This document shows positions 23,493 to 43,667 of a stretch of 64,000 bases of DNA, piece after piece. The translations under genes and the position numbers were made by a program. This DNA comes from Escherichia coli (GTDB lineage Bacteria; Pseudomonadota; Gammaproteobacteria; Enterobacterales; Enterobacteriaceae), in assembly GCF_050920415.1 (NCBI RefSeq), contig NZ_CP169309.1; one strand, 5' to 3'. Under the pieces are notes generated by a model. It saw nothing but the letters and a program-made list of their open reading frames with translations. It was not told the DNA's origin and ran no database searches. Positions within the stretch are counted from its first letter, which is position 1; each line of letters starts with the position of its first letter.

Positions 23493-24551
23493 TTACCCTT
23501 TGCGATGGCCGTAGACGCGCGGACGCGTGTAGTAATCGATCAGAGGAACCGTGATGTTCGCCAGCAGGACGGCAAAAGCCACGCCGTCAGGATAGCCGCC
23601 GAAACTGCGGATCAACCAGACTAATAAGCCCGCCAGCGCGCCGAAAATAAGACGACCACGATTGGTCGTAGAAGCGGTAACCGGGTCAGTCAAAATAAAG
23701 AATGCGCCGAGCATGGTCGCTCCAGACAGCAGATGAATTTGCGGTGCTGCCAGTGTTTCTGGTGAGAACAACCAGCCCAACGTTGCGCATAACGCCAGCG
23801 TTACTAAGAAGCTGAGGGGAATATGCCAGCGAATCGCTTTCTGCCACAGCAACCATACGCCGCCAGCCAGCCAGGCGAGATTTACCCATTGCCAACCAAC
23901 GCCCGCCAGCATACCGCTGTAGATCGGATATTGCATAATCTGTTCAACCGAATGACCGGCACGGACAGAGGTTTTAAATGTATCCAGCGGTGTTGCCTGA
24001 CTTATGCCATCAATACCTAAGCGTAGCGTGTTCATATCACCACCACTGGCGGTATGTCCGCTGAAAATAACCTGTATGGCGTCGATAAAACCAGGGATGT
24101 TGACCGCAATTTCATGTGGCGGTAACCAGCTGGTCATCTGCACCGGGAAGGAGATCAGTAAGACCACATAACCAATCATTGCCGGATTAAACGGGTTTTG
24201 CCCCAGACCGCCATACAACTGTTTAGCGATGATCACCGCAAACACCGTACCCAGCACGACCATCCACCACGGCGCGAGGGGGGGAATACTTACCGCCAGC
24301 AATAAGCCTGTCAGCATTGCTGAGTTGTCTTTCAACGTTGCGGCTACTGATTGCTTGCGTAGTTTGAGTACGAGAGCTTCGGCTAACAGAGCACTGACCG
24401 ACGCCAACAGGATCTGAACGAGAGTACCCCAACCAAAAAACCACAGTTGCGCTGCGATTCCTGGCACGGCTGCGAGCAACACCAACAGCATAATGCGCGA
24501 TGTTTGGCGCTGGTTATGGGTATAAGGGGAGCTAGCTATTCTGAATACCAT
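23493..24551 (-). CDS. rsxD: Rnf/Rsx complex subunit D
   Basis: ORF track 352 aa, polytopic; operon position. Confidence 0.92.
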   Translation of the reverse strand: MVFRIASSPYTHNQRQTSRIMLLVLLAAVPGIAAQLWFFGWGTLVQILLASVSALLAEALVLKLRKQSVAATLKDNSAMLTGLLLAVSIPPLAPWWMVVLGTVFAVIIAKQLYGGLGQNPFNPAMIGYVVLLISFPVQMTSWLPPHEIAVNIPGFIDAIQVIFSGHTASGGDMNTLRLGIDGISQATPLDTFKTSVRAGHSVEQIMQYPIYSGMLAGVGWQWVNLAWLAGGVWLLWQKAIRWHIPLSFLVTLALCATLGWLFSPETLAAPQIHLLSGATMLGAFFILTDPVTASTTNRGRLIFGALAGLLVWLIRSFGGYPDGVAFAVLLANITVPLIDYYTRPRVYGHRKG

Positions 24552-27344
<2,793 letters not shown>

Positions 27345-27345
<1 letters not shown>

Positions 27346-27926
27346 TACAACTTCACCAAACCACTAAAGCCCATAAAGGCCAGAGACATAAGACCTGCGG
27401 TAATTAACGCAATGGCATTACCGCGAAAAGGTGCCGGGACATCAGCCACAGCAAGGCGTTCGCGGATGGCGGCGAAGAGCACCATCACCAGCGAGAAACC
27501 GACAGCGGCGGAAAAACCGTACAGCGCCGACTGCAAGAAATTGTGCCCGAGATTGATATTCAGCAACGCCACGCCGAGCACTGCACAGTTGGTGGTGATA
27601 AGCGGCAAAAAAATCCCCAGCAGACGGTAAAGCACCGGGCTGGTTTTGCGCACCACCATCTCGGTGAACTGCACAACCACAGCAATTACCAGAATAAACG
27701 CCAGGGTGCGCAGGTAAATCAGATTAAGCGGGATCAAAATCCACGTATCGATAAGCCAGGCGCAAATAGACGCCAGCGTCATCACAAACGTTGTAGCCAG
27801 CCCCATGCCCATCGCGGTTTCCAGCTTTTTGGAAACCCCCATAAACGGACAGAGACCGAGAAACTTGACCAGTACAAAGTTATTGACCAGTACAGTTCCG
27901 ACAAACAGTAACAGGTAGTCAGTCAT
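27345..27926 (-). CDS. rsxA: Rnf/Rsx complex subunit A
   Basis: ORF track 193 aa, polytopic; first gene of operon. Confidence 0.93.
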
Positions 27927-28002
27927 TTTTCGGCCTGAAATAAAAAAGCCGCCTATTATCCGTTAATCCAGAGCAGGCGACAACAGGTTAACTGTAAGGT
28001 TA

Positions 28003-28443
28003 TTACGGATTCACAAACGTCGCTTTCACCCGCGACGAGCGTTTAAAATAAGGGACGATCAATGCGGTTGCCAACAAAGTAAACAGTAACTGGCGAACGG
28101 CTATGCCATCTTCCACGGGTGAAAAAGCGAACGCTTTTACTGCCAGCAATACGGAAATAAGCAGCCAGATAATATAGTGTTTAGGAACACAACGCCGACG
28201 TTTAAAGAAAGCGATGGTCAACCACAGTGTGTAATACCACATGGCGATAGCGGTAATAAAAGAAACGCCCCATAAGATTTGTGTCGTCAGTGCTTGTTCG
28301 CCGAGCGTTTGAAATGTTTGCGGAGAAGATAACGCAGCGGTATACAGCAACAACGCCAGCGTCGTACTTAACAGAGCGACTAAAAGCCAGGCCAATGGAC
28401 CAAGCAACCAGCCTCCAATACGTTGTGGCGTTGTGGTGGTCAT
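28003..28443 (-). CDS. ydgK: Inner-membrane protein YdgK (DUF2569)
   Basis: ORF 28003..28467; start set at MTTTTPQRIGGW (146 aa); four hydrophobic segments. Confidence 0.8.
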   Translation of the reverse strand: MTTTTPQRIGGWLLGPLAWLLVALLSTTLALLLYTAALSSPQTFQTLGEQALTTQILWGVSFITAIAMWYYTLWLTIAFFKRRRCVPKHYIIWLLISVLLAVKAFAFSPVEDGIAVRQLLFTLLATALIVPYFKRSSRVKATFVNP

Positions 28444-28528
28444 AGGTTCTCCAGAATAGCGACGCAAACAGGCAAATCTAATTTTAGGGGCGTTATTATA
28501 AGGCTTTTATAACCGATCGCTACTTTCT

Positions 28529-28744
28529 TTATTGGACATAGTGCCAGACGGACTTCGGTACCTGGCCGAGGTCAAACAAACGCCCGCCAGAAACCAGCTC
28601 TGCGCGACGGTGATCGGCAGCACGATACATATTGATCAGTTCCTGATCGTCCGTCAGGGTGTAATTAAGATGGTCGTAGAGTTTTTCCAGACTTTCGAGT
28701 GAACTGATTTTGCGAAATTTTAATAAGTAGTCCTGAACAGTCAT
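28529..28744 (-). CDS. cnu: OriC-binding nucleoid-associated protein Cnu (Hha/YmoA family)
   Basis: ORF track 71 aa ([26 protein letters not shown]...). Confidence 0.9.
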
Positions 28745-29016
28745 AAAAGGTCCATAAAATAATTAATACCAAAGGGGTAGGTATTATTAGTGATGATAAA
28801 ATTTCACCAAAAGTGAACGTTTGTATTATTACAATAATAAGAATGCGCTGATGGTAAATATTCAGGGATGAAAAACTGCTCTGAAAAGAGTAACGCGCTT
28901 TACTATCCCTGACAATCACCAACAACATCGAACAAGATAATAAATTCCTGGTTTAATATCCGACAAGTTAAAACATGCACCCAGTCGGGCAGCATGTCGC
29001 TCTACAAGAGTAGAGC

Positions 29017-29142
29017 TTACTTGTGTTGTACCGTAGCACTCTGTTCAGGTGGCTGATAGTTGTCAATGTGACTCGCCACGCCAAGAAGAATGACTGAAAC
29101 GACAAGAACGATCCAACCTGTTAATTCAATAAGACGATTCAT
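29017..29142 (-). CDS. blr: Small membrane protein Blr (41 aa, beta-lactam resistance / divisome-associated)
   Basis: C-terminal 41 codons of ORF 29017..29217 (MNRLIELTGWIVLVVSVILLGVASHIDNYQPPEQSATVQHK); single TM; below the 60-aa cutoff as a stand-alone gene. Confidence 0.7.
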   Translation of the reverse strand: MNRLIELTGWIVLVVSVILLGVASHIDNYQPPEQSATVQHK

Positions 29143-29384
29143 TACAGCCCACATCTCTGTTGATTGATCCATTAACTTCAGGGGGTAAATGTTACTTAGC
29201 AATAATAGCTCCAGCAAGATTTTTACTGAGGTTTTTGCGATATTTAGCTTTTGTCGTTGGAAAATTCGCTATTTTTTTGACTTAAGTTAAACAACATCCC
29301 TTATTGCTGGCAGGTTATTAAACTGTTGAGCGAGGGTAAAGGATAGTGTCAAATAGCCATCATACTTCAATGAGAGGCAATGAC

Positions 29385-30425
29385 ATGAGCGACAACATCC
29401 GTGTTGGGTTGATTGGGTATGGTTATGCGAGCAAAACCTTCCATGCGCCCCTGATTGCGGGCACGCCCGGGCTGGAACTGGCGGTAATCTCCAGCAGCGA
29501 TGAAACAAAAGTAAAAGCCGACTGGCCAACGGTTACGGTTGTCTCTGAGCCGAAGCATCTGTTTAACGATCCCAACATAGACCTGATTATCATCCCTACA
29601 CCCAACGATACCCATTTCCCGTTAGCCAAAGCGGCTCTTGAGGCGGGTAAACATGTGGTCGTTGATAAACCCTTTACCGTGACACTGTCACAAGCGCGAG
29701 AGCTGGAAGCGCTGGCAAAAAGCCTGGGGCGTGTGCTGTCTGTATTCCATAACCGTCGCTGGGATAGCGATTTCCTGACGCTTAAAGGTTTGCTCGCGGA
29801 AGGCGTACTGGGTGAAGTTGCTTACTTTGAGTCTCATTTTGACCGCTTCCGTCCGCAGGTGCGCGATCGTTGGCGTGAACAGGGCGGCCCTGGCAGTGGT
29901 ATCTGGTACGATTTAGCACCGCATCTTCTTGATCAGGCCATTACGCTATTTGGTTTACCGGTTAGCATGACGGTAGATTTGGCACAGTTACGGCCCGGAG
30001 CGCAGTCGACTGATTATTTCCACGCCATCTTGTCCTATCCGCAGCGGCGAGTCATTTTACACGGTACCATGCTGGCAGCCGCTGAGTCAGCACGGTATAT
30101 CGTGCATGGATCCCGAGGCAGTTATGTGAAATATGGCCTCGATCCACAGGAAGAACGTCTGAAAAATGGCGAGCGTCTGCCGCAGAAAGACTGGGGCTAC
30201 GATATGCGTGATGGCGTACTTACCCGCGTGGAAGGTGAGGAACGTGTCGAAGAAACGCTGTTGACCGTGCCGGGGAATTATCCGGCTTACTATGCGGCTA
30301 TTCGTGATGCGTTAAATGGCGATGGTGAAAATCCGGTTCCGGCAAGTCAGGCAATCCAGGTAATGGAGTTGATTGAGCTGGGCATCGAATCCGCCAAACA
30401 TCGCGCGACGCTGTGCCTTGCGTGA
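29385..30425 (+). CDS. ydgJ: Gfo/Idh/MocA-family NAD(P)-dependent oxidoreductase YdgJ
   Basis: ORF 29346..30425; start set at MSDNIRVGLIGYGYASKTFH (346 aa); Rossmann GxGxxA motif. Confidence 0.88.
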   Translation: MSDNIRVGLIGYGYASKTFHAPLIAGTPGLELAVISSSDETKVKADWPTVTVVSEPKHLFNDPNIDLIIIPTPNDTHFPLAKAALEAGKHVVVDKPFTVTLSQARELEALAKSLGRVLSVFHNRRWDSDFLTLKGLLAEGVLGEVAYFESHFDRFRPQVRDRWREQGGPGSGIWYDLAPHLLDQAITLFGLPVSMTVDLAQLRPGAQSTDYFHAILSYPQRRVILHGTMLAAAESARYIVHGSRGSYVKYGLDPQEERLKNGERLPQKDWGYDMRDGVLTRVEGEERVEETLLTVPGNYPAYYAAIRDALNGDGENPVPASQAIQVMELIELGIESAKHRATLCLA

Positions 30426-30460
30426 AAAGAGGATGGTGCAATTAGCACCATCCATTTTTG

Positions 30461-31462
30461 TTACTTCGCAGCGACTTTTTCTCGCAGTGCGCGTTTTTCC
30501 TCTGCGCTGAGGAAAGCCATTTCCAGACCATTAATCTGCGCCTGGCGGATTTGCTCGCGGGATAACCCAGCAGCCGGCGCGGCAACGGTATATTCGTGAA
30601 TGATATCCACTCCCTGTACGCCGGGATCGTCAGTGTTAATGCTGGCACGAATGCCATGCTCAAGGAACGTTTTCAGCGGATGTGCCGCCAGCTCTGCCAC
30701 GGTGCTGGTCTGAATATTGGAGGTCAGACAGGATTCAATACCAATTTCCTGCTCGGCGAGAAAATCCATCAGCGCCCGATCTTCAATGGCTTTTACGCCA
30801 TGTCCAATACGTTCCGCCCCCAGTTCACGAATCGCCTGCCAGATGCTTTCCGGCCCGGCAGCTTCGCCTGCATGGACGGTAATATGCCAGCCCGCATCAC
30901 GCGCGCGGTTGAAGTGAGAAAGGAACAGACTTCCCGGGAAACCAAGTTCATCACCGGCTAAATCAAGTGCGGTAATCTGGTCACGGTGGGCTAAAAAGGC
31001 CTCCAGTTCTTGCTGACAGGCGGCTTCACCGAAGGTCCGGCTCATAATGCCGATAAGCTTCGCCTGCACACCAAAGGTGCGGCAACCTTCACGAACGCCA
31101 TCGATCACCGCTTCGACAACACCCGCTACAGGCAGCTGATGTGCCATTGCCATGTAGCCCGGTGAAAAACGCAGCTCGACATAGTGCAGGCCGTTACGGG
31201 CTGCATCTTCAATGTTTTCAAATGCCACGCGGCGGCAAGCATCAAGAGAGGCGAGAACTTTAACGCCCCAGTCAAGTTTGGTCAGAAAGCTCACAAGATC
31301 GGGTTCGTTGGCAATGACCTGAACGTGGGGAATCAGTGTTTCCAGGGATTGTGCAGGAAGCGAGATATTATACTGGCGGCCAAGTTCAAGAATGGTCTGG
31401 GGACGAATGTTGCCATCAAGGTGGCGATGGATATCAGTTAATGGCAGGGTGGTATCAATCAT
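30461..31462 (-). CDS. add: Adenosine deaminase
   Basis: ORF track 333 aa ([23 protein letters not shown]...). Confidence 0.95.
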   Translation of the reverse strand: MIDTTLPLTDIHRHLDGNIRPQTILELGRQYNISLPAQSLETLIPHVQVIANEPDLVSFLTKLDWGVKVLASLDACRRVAFENIEDAARNGLHYVELRFSPGYMAMAHQLPVAGVVEAVIDGVREGCRTFGVQAKLIGIMSRTFGEAACQQELEAFLAHRDQITALDLAGDELGFPGSLFLSHFNRARDAGWHITVHAGEAAGPESIWQAIRELGAERIGHGVKAIEDRALMDFLAEQEIGIESCLTSNIQTSTVAELAAHPLKTFLEHGIRASINTDDPGVQGVDIIHEYTVAAPAAGLSREQIRQAQINGLEMAFLSAEEKRALREKVAAK

Positions 31463-31565
31463 GGTCGCACTCTTTTTCTGGATATAAAAGTGCGCACCAT
31501 TATAAAAACAAAGCAGGGTAAAAATCCACGATTGCGCAACGATTTTTTACGTTGCGCAATTGGGG

Positions 31566-32738
31566 TTAACGAACAGCGCGGATGGCGTTAATTAATCCAG
31601 CAACACCTTTTTCCAGTTTCGAACGTGGGCAGCCGGCATTGAGACGGACAAAACCACGACCTTCTTCACCGTAGGTATACCCCGGCATGATCGCGACCTT
31701 CTCTTGCTCGATAAGCGCTTTTTGCAACGCGTTGTCGTCAATATTCAACGGACGTAGATCAAGCCAGGCCAGATAAGTGGATTGCGGGATCTGCCAATTG
31801 AGTTCAGGGAACGCGGCGTTCATTTTATCTGCAATATACGTCAGGTTATCTTTCAGATAGACGCGTAAGGCATCCAGCCACGGCGCGCCTTGCTGATAGG
31901 CGGCGATATGGGCAGTTAACGCCAGTACTGAAGGGGAAGAAAGGCCATCACGTCCTTTCAGTGCCGATAAATAGGCATCACGGCTGCTGCTATTTTCTAT
32001 AATCCCGTAAGCACCGGTCAGGGCGGGAATATTGAAACTTTTCGATCCCGACGTTAGCAATGCCCAGTCTCCGCGCGCCACATTACTCCAGGGAATATGC
32101 GGCTGCTCGCCCCAAACCATATCCATATGGATTTCATCGGAAATAACCCGCACACCATGACGCTCGCACAGGTCAGCCATGATCTCCAGCTCATCGCACG
32201 TCCACACTTTCCCGGTAGGATTCTGTGGGCTACACAGAAGCATAATTTTACATTCTGGTTTCGCCAGCACGGCTTCCAGCTTGCCCATATCGCAAAACCA
32301 GCCGTCAGGCTGCTTCTCTAAAGCAACGGGCATTACTGTGCGCTGGTTACCTTCAATGGCCTTATAAAATGCGTCATAGGCGGGTGTGTGGATCACCACG
32401 CCTTCACCTTTTTCAGACCACTGACGAATCAGTTCCGAGACCATGTAGATAACAGAAGGGCCATACACCACCGACTGCGTATCAATTGCGGTGTAATGCT
32501 GGGTGGAAAACCAGTGGGCAATAGCCGCGAGAAACTCATCGTTTTTCCAGCGGCTGTAGCCAAACACGCCGTGCATCAGGCGATGATTCAGCGCCTCGAT
32601 AATGCAGGGGGCAGTGGCAAAATCCATGTCTGAAATCGTGAACGGTAACAGGTCAGCAGTGCCGAAACGGTCAGCGACATAATCCCACTGCGTACACCAT
32701 GTGCCATGACGATCCACGACCTTTGAAAAATCGAACAT
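31566..32738 (-). CDS. malY: PLP-dependent cystathionine beta-lyase / MalT-regulon modulator MalY
   Basis: ORF track 390 aa; aminotransferase class I fold; follows malX. Confidence 0.95.
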   Translation of the reverse strand: MFDFSKVVDRHGTWCTQWDYVADRFGTADLLPFTISDMDFATAPCIIEALNHRLMHGVFGYSRWKNDEFLAAIAHWFSTQHYTAIDTQSVVYGPSVIYMVSELIRQWSEKGEGVVIHTPAYDAFYKAIEGNQRTVMPVALEKQPDGWFCDMGKLEAVLAKPECKIMLLCSPQNPTGKVWTCDELEIMADLCERHGVRVISDEIHMDMVWGEQPHIPWSNVARGDWALLTSGSKSFNIPALTGAYGIIENSSSRDAYLSALKGRDGLSSPSVLALTAHIAAYQQGAPWLDALRVYLKDNLTYIADKMNAAFPELNWQIPQSTYLAWLDLRPLNIDDNALQKALIEQEKVAIMPGYTYGEEGRGFVRLNAGCPRSKLEKGVAGLINAIRAVR

Positions 32739-32747
32739 ATCTTATCC

Positions 32748-34422
<1,675 letters not shown>

Positions 34423-34423
34423 C

Positions 34424-35543
<1,120 letters not shown>

Positions 35544-35654
35544 TCCTCTCTTTATCTGCTATACCTGGTAGTGTCCTTTCCTCAAGGTTAATGATAAAAA
35601 ATGTGGCACACAGGCGGTGCCTTTTATTTTTACTGAAGTTCACAGGAGGTTTAT

Positions 35655-36422
35655 GTGTTTAATTCTGACAACCTGAGACTCGACGGAAAATGCGCCATCA
35701 TCACAGGTGCGGGTGCAGGTATTGGTAAAGAAATCGCCATTACATTCGCGACAGCTGGCGCATCTGTGGTGGTCAGTGATATTAACGCCGATGCAGCTAA
35801 TCATGTTGTAGATGAAATTCAACAACTGGGTGGTCAGGCATTTGCCTGGCGTTGTGATATTACTTCCGAACAGGAACTCTCTGCACTGGCAGACTTTGCC
35901 GTCAGTAAGCTGGGTAAAGTTGATATCCTGGTTAACAACGCCGGTGGCGGTGGTCCTAAACCGTTTGATATGCCAATGGCGGATTTTCGCCGTGCTTATG
36001 AACTGAATGTGTTTTCTTTTTTCCATCTGTCACAACTTGTTGCGCCAGAAATGGAAAAAAATGGCGGTGGCGTTATTCTGACCATTACTTCTATGGCGGC
36101 AGAAAATAAAAATATCAACATGACCTCCTATGCGTCATCTAAAGCTGCGGCCAGTCATCTGGTCAGAAATATGGCGTTTGACCTGGGTGAAAAAAATATT
36201 CGGGTGAATGGCATTGCGCCGGGGGCAATATTAACCGATGCCCTGAAATCCGTTATTACCCCAGAAATTGAACAGAAAATGTTGCAACACACACCAATCA
36301 GACGTCTGGGCCAACCGCAAGATATTGCTAACGCGGCGCTGTTCCTTTGCTCGCCTGCAGCCAGCTGGGTAAGCGGACAAATTCTCACCGTCTCCGGTGG
36401 TGGGGTACAGGAGCTCAATTAA
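35655..36422 (+). CDS. hdhA: 7-alpha-hydroxysteroid dehydrogenase (SDR family)
   Basis: ORF track 255 aa; TGAGAGIG cofactor motif and YxxxK catalytic motif. Confidence 0.93.
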   Translation: MFNSDNLRLDGKCAIITGAGAGIGKEIAITFATAGASVVVSDINADAANHVVDEIQQLGGQAFAWRCDITSEQELSALADFAVSKLGKVDILVNNAGGGGPKPFDMPMADFRRAYELNVFSFFHLSQLVAPEMEKNGGGVILTITSMAAENKNINMTSYASSKAAASHLVRNMAFDLGEKNIRVNGIAPGAILTDALKSVITPEIEQKMLQHTPIRRLGQPQDIANAALFLCSPAASWVSGQILTVSGGGVQELN

Positions 36423-36650
36423 TACACTAACGAACCGGTAAACAGCCGTATGTGTTGTTTACCGGGATAGCGTGTGCAACTCGTCAACGTCTCTGCTAAA
36501 CAACTGGCAGCCAAATCACGGCTATTGGTTAACCAATATCTGGATAAAAAGCTTACGAATTGAGTGTGCCTTCGCACTATTCAACAGCAATGATAGGCGC
36601 TCACCTGACAAACCGGTAAACTAGTTATTCACGCTAACTATAATGGTTTA

Positions 36651-37241
36651 ATGATGGATAACATGCAGACTGAAGCACAACCGACACGGACCCGGATCCT
36701 CAATGCTGCCAGAGAGATTTTTTCAGAAAATGGATTTCACAGTGCCTCGATGAAAGCCATCTGTAAATCCTGCGCCATTAGTCCCGGGACGCTCTATCAC
36801 CATTTCATCTCCAAAGAAGCCTTGATTCAGGCGATTATCTTACAGGACCAGGAGAGGGCGCTGGCCCGTTTCCGGGAACCGATTGAAGGGATTCATTTCG
36901 TTGACTATATGGTCGAGTCTATTGTCTCTCTCACCCATGAGGCCTTTGGGCAACGGGCGCTGGTGGTCGAAATTATGGCGGAAGGGATGCGTAACCCACA
37001 GGTCGCCGCCATGCTTAAAAATAAGCATATGACGATCACGGAATTTGTTGCCCAGCGGATGCGTGATGCCCAGCAAAAAGGCGAGATAAGCCCAGACATC
37101 AACACGGCAATGACTTCACGTTTACTGCTGGATCTGACCTACGGTGTACTGGCCGATATCGAAGCGGAAGATCTGGCGCGTGAAGCGTCGTTTGCTCAGG
37201 GATTACGCGCGATGATTGGCGGTATATTAACCGCATCCTGA
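36651..37241 (+). CDS. uidR: TetR-family repressor of the uid (gus) operon
   Basis: ORF track 196 aa; TetR HTH; immediately upstream of uidA. Confidence 0.93.
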   Translation: MMDNMQTEAQPTRTRILNAAREIFSENGFHSASMKAICKSCAISPGTLYHHFISKEALIQAIILQDQERALARFREPIEGIHFVDYMVESIVSLTHEAFGQRALVVEIMAEGMRNPQVAAMLKNKHMTITEFVAQRMRDAQQKGEISPDINTAMTSRLLLDLTYGVLADIEAEDLAREASFAQGLRAMIGGILTAS

Positions 37242-37391
37242 TCCTCTCTCTTTCCGCGGGCTGGTGACAACTGAGCCCGCGTTTCATATCGTAATTTCTC
37301 TGTGCAAAAATCATCCTTCCAGGGATCGGAGAATCCCACCTAAATATTCATCGTAGCAATATATCATGAGGGTTTATCGCTCACAATATGT

Positions 37392-37407
37392 TCGAACGAA
37401 CGTTCGA
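37392..37407. promoter_or_regulatory. Candidate operator palindrome (TCGAACG-AA-CGTTCGA) in uidR-uidA intergenic region
   Basis: Perfect 7-bp inverted arms seen in sequence; assignment to UidR or UxuR is inference. Confidence 0.4.
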
Positions 37408-37542
37408 TTGCTTATTTTGTGGCTTCTGTCAACGCTGTTTTAAAGATTAATGCGATCAATATCACGCTGTGGGTATTGCAGTTTTTGGTTTTTTGATCGC
37501 GGTGTCAGTTCTTTTTATTTCCATTTCTCTTCCATGGGTTTC

Positions 37543-37557
37543 TCACAGATAACTGTG
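37543..37557. promoter_or_regulatory. Candidate operator, imperfect palindrome CTGTGTGCAACACAG about 70 bp upstream of uidA
   Basis: Dyad symmetry seen in sequence near the presumed uidA promoter; assignment is inference. Confidence 0.35.
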
Positions 37558-37577
37558 TGCAACACAGAATTGGTTAA

Positions 37578-40810
<3,233 letters not shown>

Positions 40811-40848
40811 TATTCAATAAAAATAATCAGAACATCAAAGGTGCAACT

Positions 40849-42114
40849 ATGAGAAAAATAGTGGCCATGGCCGTTATTTGCCTGACGGCTGCCTCTGGCC
40901 TTACCTCTGCTTACGCGGCGCAACTGGCTGACGATGAAGCGGGACTACGCATCAGACTGAAAAACGAATTGCGCAGGGCGGATAAGCCCAGTGCTGGCGC
41001 GGGAAGAGATATTTACGCATGGGTACAGGGAGGATTGCTCGATTTCAATAGTGGTTATTATTCCAATATTATTGGCGTTGAAGGCGGGGCGTATTATGTT
41101 TATAAATTAGGTGCTCGTGCTGATATGAGTACCCGGTGGTATCTTGATGGTGATAAAAGTTTTGGCTTTGCCCTGGGTGCAGTAAAAATAAAACCCAGTG
41201 AAAATAGCCTGCTTAAATTAGGTCGCTTCGGGACGGATTATAGTTATGGTAGCTTACCTTATCGTATTCCGTTAATGGCTGGCAGTTCGCAACGTACATT
41301 ACCGACAGTTTCTGAAGGAGCATTAGGTTACTGGGCTTTAACGCCAAATATTGATCTGTGGGGAATGTGGCGGTCACGAGTATTTTTATGGACCGATTCA
41401 ACAACCGGTATTCGTGATGAAGGGGTTTATAACAGCCAGACGGGAAAATACGATAAACATCGCGCACGTTCTTTTTTAGCCGCCAGTTGGCATGATGATA
41501 CCAGTCGCTATTCTCTGGGGGCATCGGTACAGAAAGATGTTTCCAATCAGATACAAAGTATTCTCGAGAAAAGCATACCGCTCGACCCGAATTATACGTT
41601 GAAAGGGGAGTTGCTCGGCTTTTACGCGCAACTCGAAGGTTTAAGTCGTAATACCAGCCAGCCCAATGAAACGGCGTTGGTTAGTGGACAATTGACCTGG
41701 AATGCGCCGTGGGGAAGCGTATTTGGCAGTGGTGGTTATTTGCGCCATGCAATGAATGGTGCCGTGGTGGACACCGACATTGGCTATCCCTTTTCATTAA
41801 GTCTTGATCGTAACCGTGAAGGAATGCAGTCCTGGCAATTGGGCGTCAATTATCGTTTAACTCCGCAATTTACGCTGACATTTGCACCGATTGTGACTCG
41901 CGGCTATGAATCCAGTAAACGAGATGTGCGGATTGAAGGCGCGGGTATCTTAGGTGGTATGAACTATCGGGTCAGCGAAGGGCCGTTACAAGGGATGAAT
42001 TTCTTTCTTGCTGCCGATAAAGGGCGGGAAAAGCGCGATGGCAGTACACTGGGCGATCACCTGAATTACTGGGATGTGAAAATGAGTATTCAGTATGACT
42101 TTATGCTGAAGTAA
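40849..42114 (+). CDS. uidC: Outer-membrane glucuronide porin UidC
   Basis: ORF track 421 aa; signal peptide; beta-barrel-like C-terminal ...YDFMLK. Confidence 0.9.
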   Translation: MRKIVAMAVICLTAASGLTSAYAAQLADDEAGLRIRLKNELRRADKPSAGAGRDIYAWVQGGLLDFNSGYYSNIIGVEGGAYYVYKLGARADMSTRWYLDGDKSFGFALGAVKIKPSENSLLKLGRFGTDYSYGSLPYRIPLMAGSSQRTLPTVSEGALGYWALTPNIDLWGMWRSRVFLWTDSTTGIRDEGVYNSQTGKYDKHRARSFLAASWHDDTSRYSLGASVQKDVSNQIQSILEKSIPLDPNYTLKGELLGFYAQLEGLSRNTSQPNETALVSGQLTWNAPWGSVFGSGGYLRHAMNGAVVDTDIGYPFSLSLDRNREGMQSWQLGVNYRLTPQFTLTFAPIVTRGYESSKRDVRIEGAGILGGMNYRVSEGPLQGMNFFLAADKGREKRDGSTLGDHLNYWDVKMSIQYDFMLK

Positions 42115-42150
42115 GAAAAAACGCCGGAGAGAAAAATCTCCGGCATTTTG
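42115..42150. terminator. Bidirectional intrinsic terminator between convergent uidC and ydgA
   Basis: GCCGGAGA-GAAAAA-TCTCCGGC hairpin flanked by an A-run upstream and a T-run downstream. Confidence 0.85.
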
Positions 42151-42158
42151 GCTGTGAA

Positions 42159-43667
42159 TTACTGCTGCGGAATAGCGGGTACAGCTGGAACGTTTAATGC
42201 CGGCATCGCAAACATCCCAACAAAATCTTCCAGTGGCATTTTCTGCCCGTTTAACGTGATCTGACCGTTAGCATATTGCAGGCTGGTGGTGATGGTATTG
42301 TCCTGCAAGGTGGTCAGACGGAACATCTGCCCCATTGCTGATGCACCTTCAACTTGCTGTTTCGCCAGTTTTTTCGCTTGATCTTCCTGATAACCTTCCA
42401 GCTTCGCTACCTGAGTCATCAACTCAGTTGCCATATCCACCGGAATGGTCAGTTTCGCATCCAGAGATTTAACCGAGCGGTCTACTTCCTGTGCCAGCGT
42501 TTGCGGCGCTTCTTTTGTCGTTGCCGGATCTTTCAGGAACAGCGACAGATTCAACGCACTTTCACCCTGACTGTTTTTCCAGCTTAACGGCGCGATAGTA
42601 ATCACCGGATCGCCTTTCAACATCAGCGGCAGGGCGCTAAAGAAGGCTTCCGTCACTTTCTCCTGATAAAGTTCGGGATTGTTGGCAATCTCTGGCTGTG
42701 CCAGAAGCGCCTGAGTTTGCGCGTTATATTGCTGACTAAACTGATGCCAGGCTTCGCCATCAATCTGGCCGACTTTTAAAGTCAGCTTGCCGCTGCCCAG
42801 ATCCTGATTCTGTACCTTAAGGCTATTTAGCGAGTAATCCAGTTGGCTATTGATCGTTTTACCGTCATTGACCAGATCCGATTTACCGCTGATCTCTATG
42901 CCTTCCAGCAGTGCCAGTTCTTTGCCTTCCACTGAAATGGTCATTTTCTCCAGCGACAGTTTTTGGTTTCCTACGCGCTCACCAAAACTTGCCAGCGTGC
43001 TGGAACCGTCGGTTTTCAGATTATTAAAGGTTAACTGCACTTTCTGGTTGTATTCGTTAACCGCGTCTACCCGACCACTTTGCGCCTCTCCGGAAAGGGA
43101 GATAGCTTTGCCGTCTTTGTCAGCATTTAACTGGAACTCGCCGCCGCTAAAGGCGACTTTTTCATCCTTTTGTTCGTAATTCAGTGGCTTGAGCGAAATA
43201 TCGGAACTGGAATCTCCGCTGTAACCAATGCGGGAGTTAATCTCAAAAGGCGTTTCACCCTTTGCCATATCAAACAGTGGCTTGCTTACTTCGTTATTGA
43301 CCAGCGTAGTTTGAATTGATGCCATAGACGGGATCAGGTTCAGTTTTTTAAGCTGGGCAAAGGGGAAGGGGCCATGATCAACTGATTCGTTGAAGATGAC
43401 GCTCTGACCACTTTTAATCCACGGATTTTCTTTTCCGGCAACGGGTTTCACCAACAGCTGCAACTGGCTGCTGAATACGCCGCGATGATAGTTTTGATAA
43501 CTTACTTCCAGATTGGATTCAGGAGCTGTCAGTTTGAGTTGCGCGTTCGCCTGCGCGACCATGTCTTCGAGATGGGTTTCTATCTTCTTGCCTGTATACC
43601 ATGCGCCGCCTGTCCAGACTACGCCTAGCGCAACAATGACGCCTACCGCTACCAGCGATTTATTCAT
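42159..43667 (-). CDS. ydgA: DUF945-family protein YdgA
   Basis: ORF track 502 aa; N-terminal TM/signal-anchor. Confidence 0.88.
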   Translation of the reverse strand: MNKSLVAVGVIVALGVVWTGGAWYTGKKIETHLEDMVAQANAQLKLTAPESNLEVSYQNYHRGVFSSQLQLLVKPVAGKENPWIKSGQSVIFNESVDHGPFPFAQLKKLNLIPSMASIQTTLVNNEVSKPLFDMAKGETPFEINSRIGYSGDSSSDISLKPLNYEQKDEKVAFSGGEFQLNADKDGKAISLSGEAQSGRVDAVNEYNQKVQLTFNNLKTDGSSTLASFGERVGNQKLSLEKMTISVEGKELALLEGIEISGKSDLVNDGKTINSQLDYSLNSLKVQNQDLGSGKLTLKVGQIDGEAWHQFSQQYNAQTQALLAQPEIANNPELYQEKVTEAFFSALPLMLKGDPVITIAPLSWKNSQGESALNLSLFLKDPATTKEAPQTLAQEVDRSVKSLDAKLTIPVDMATELMTQVAKLEGYQEDQAKKLAKQQVEGASAMGQMFRLTTLQDNTITTSLQYANGQITLNGQKMPLEDFVGMFAMPALNVPAVPAIPQQ

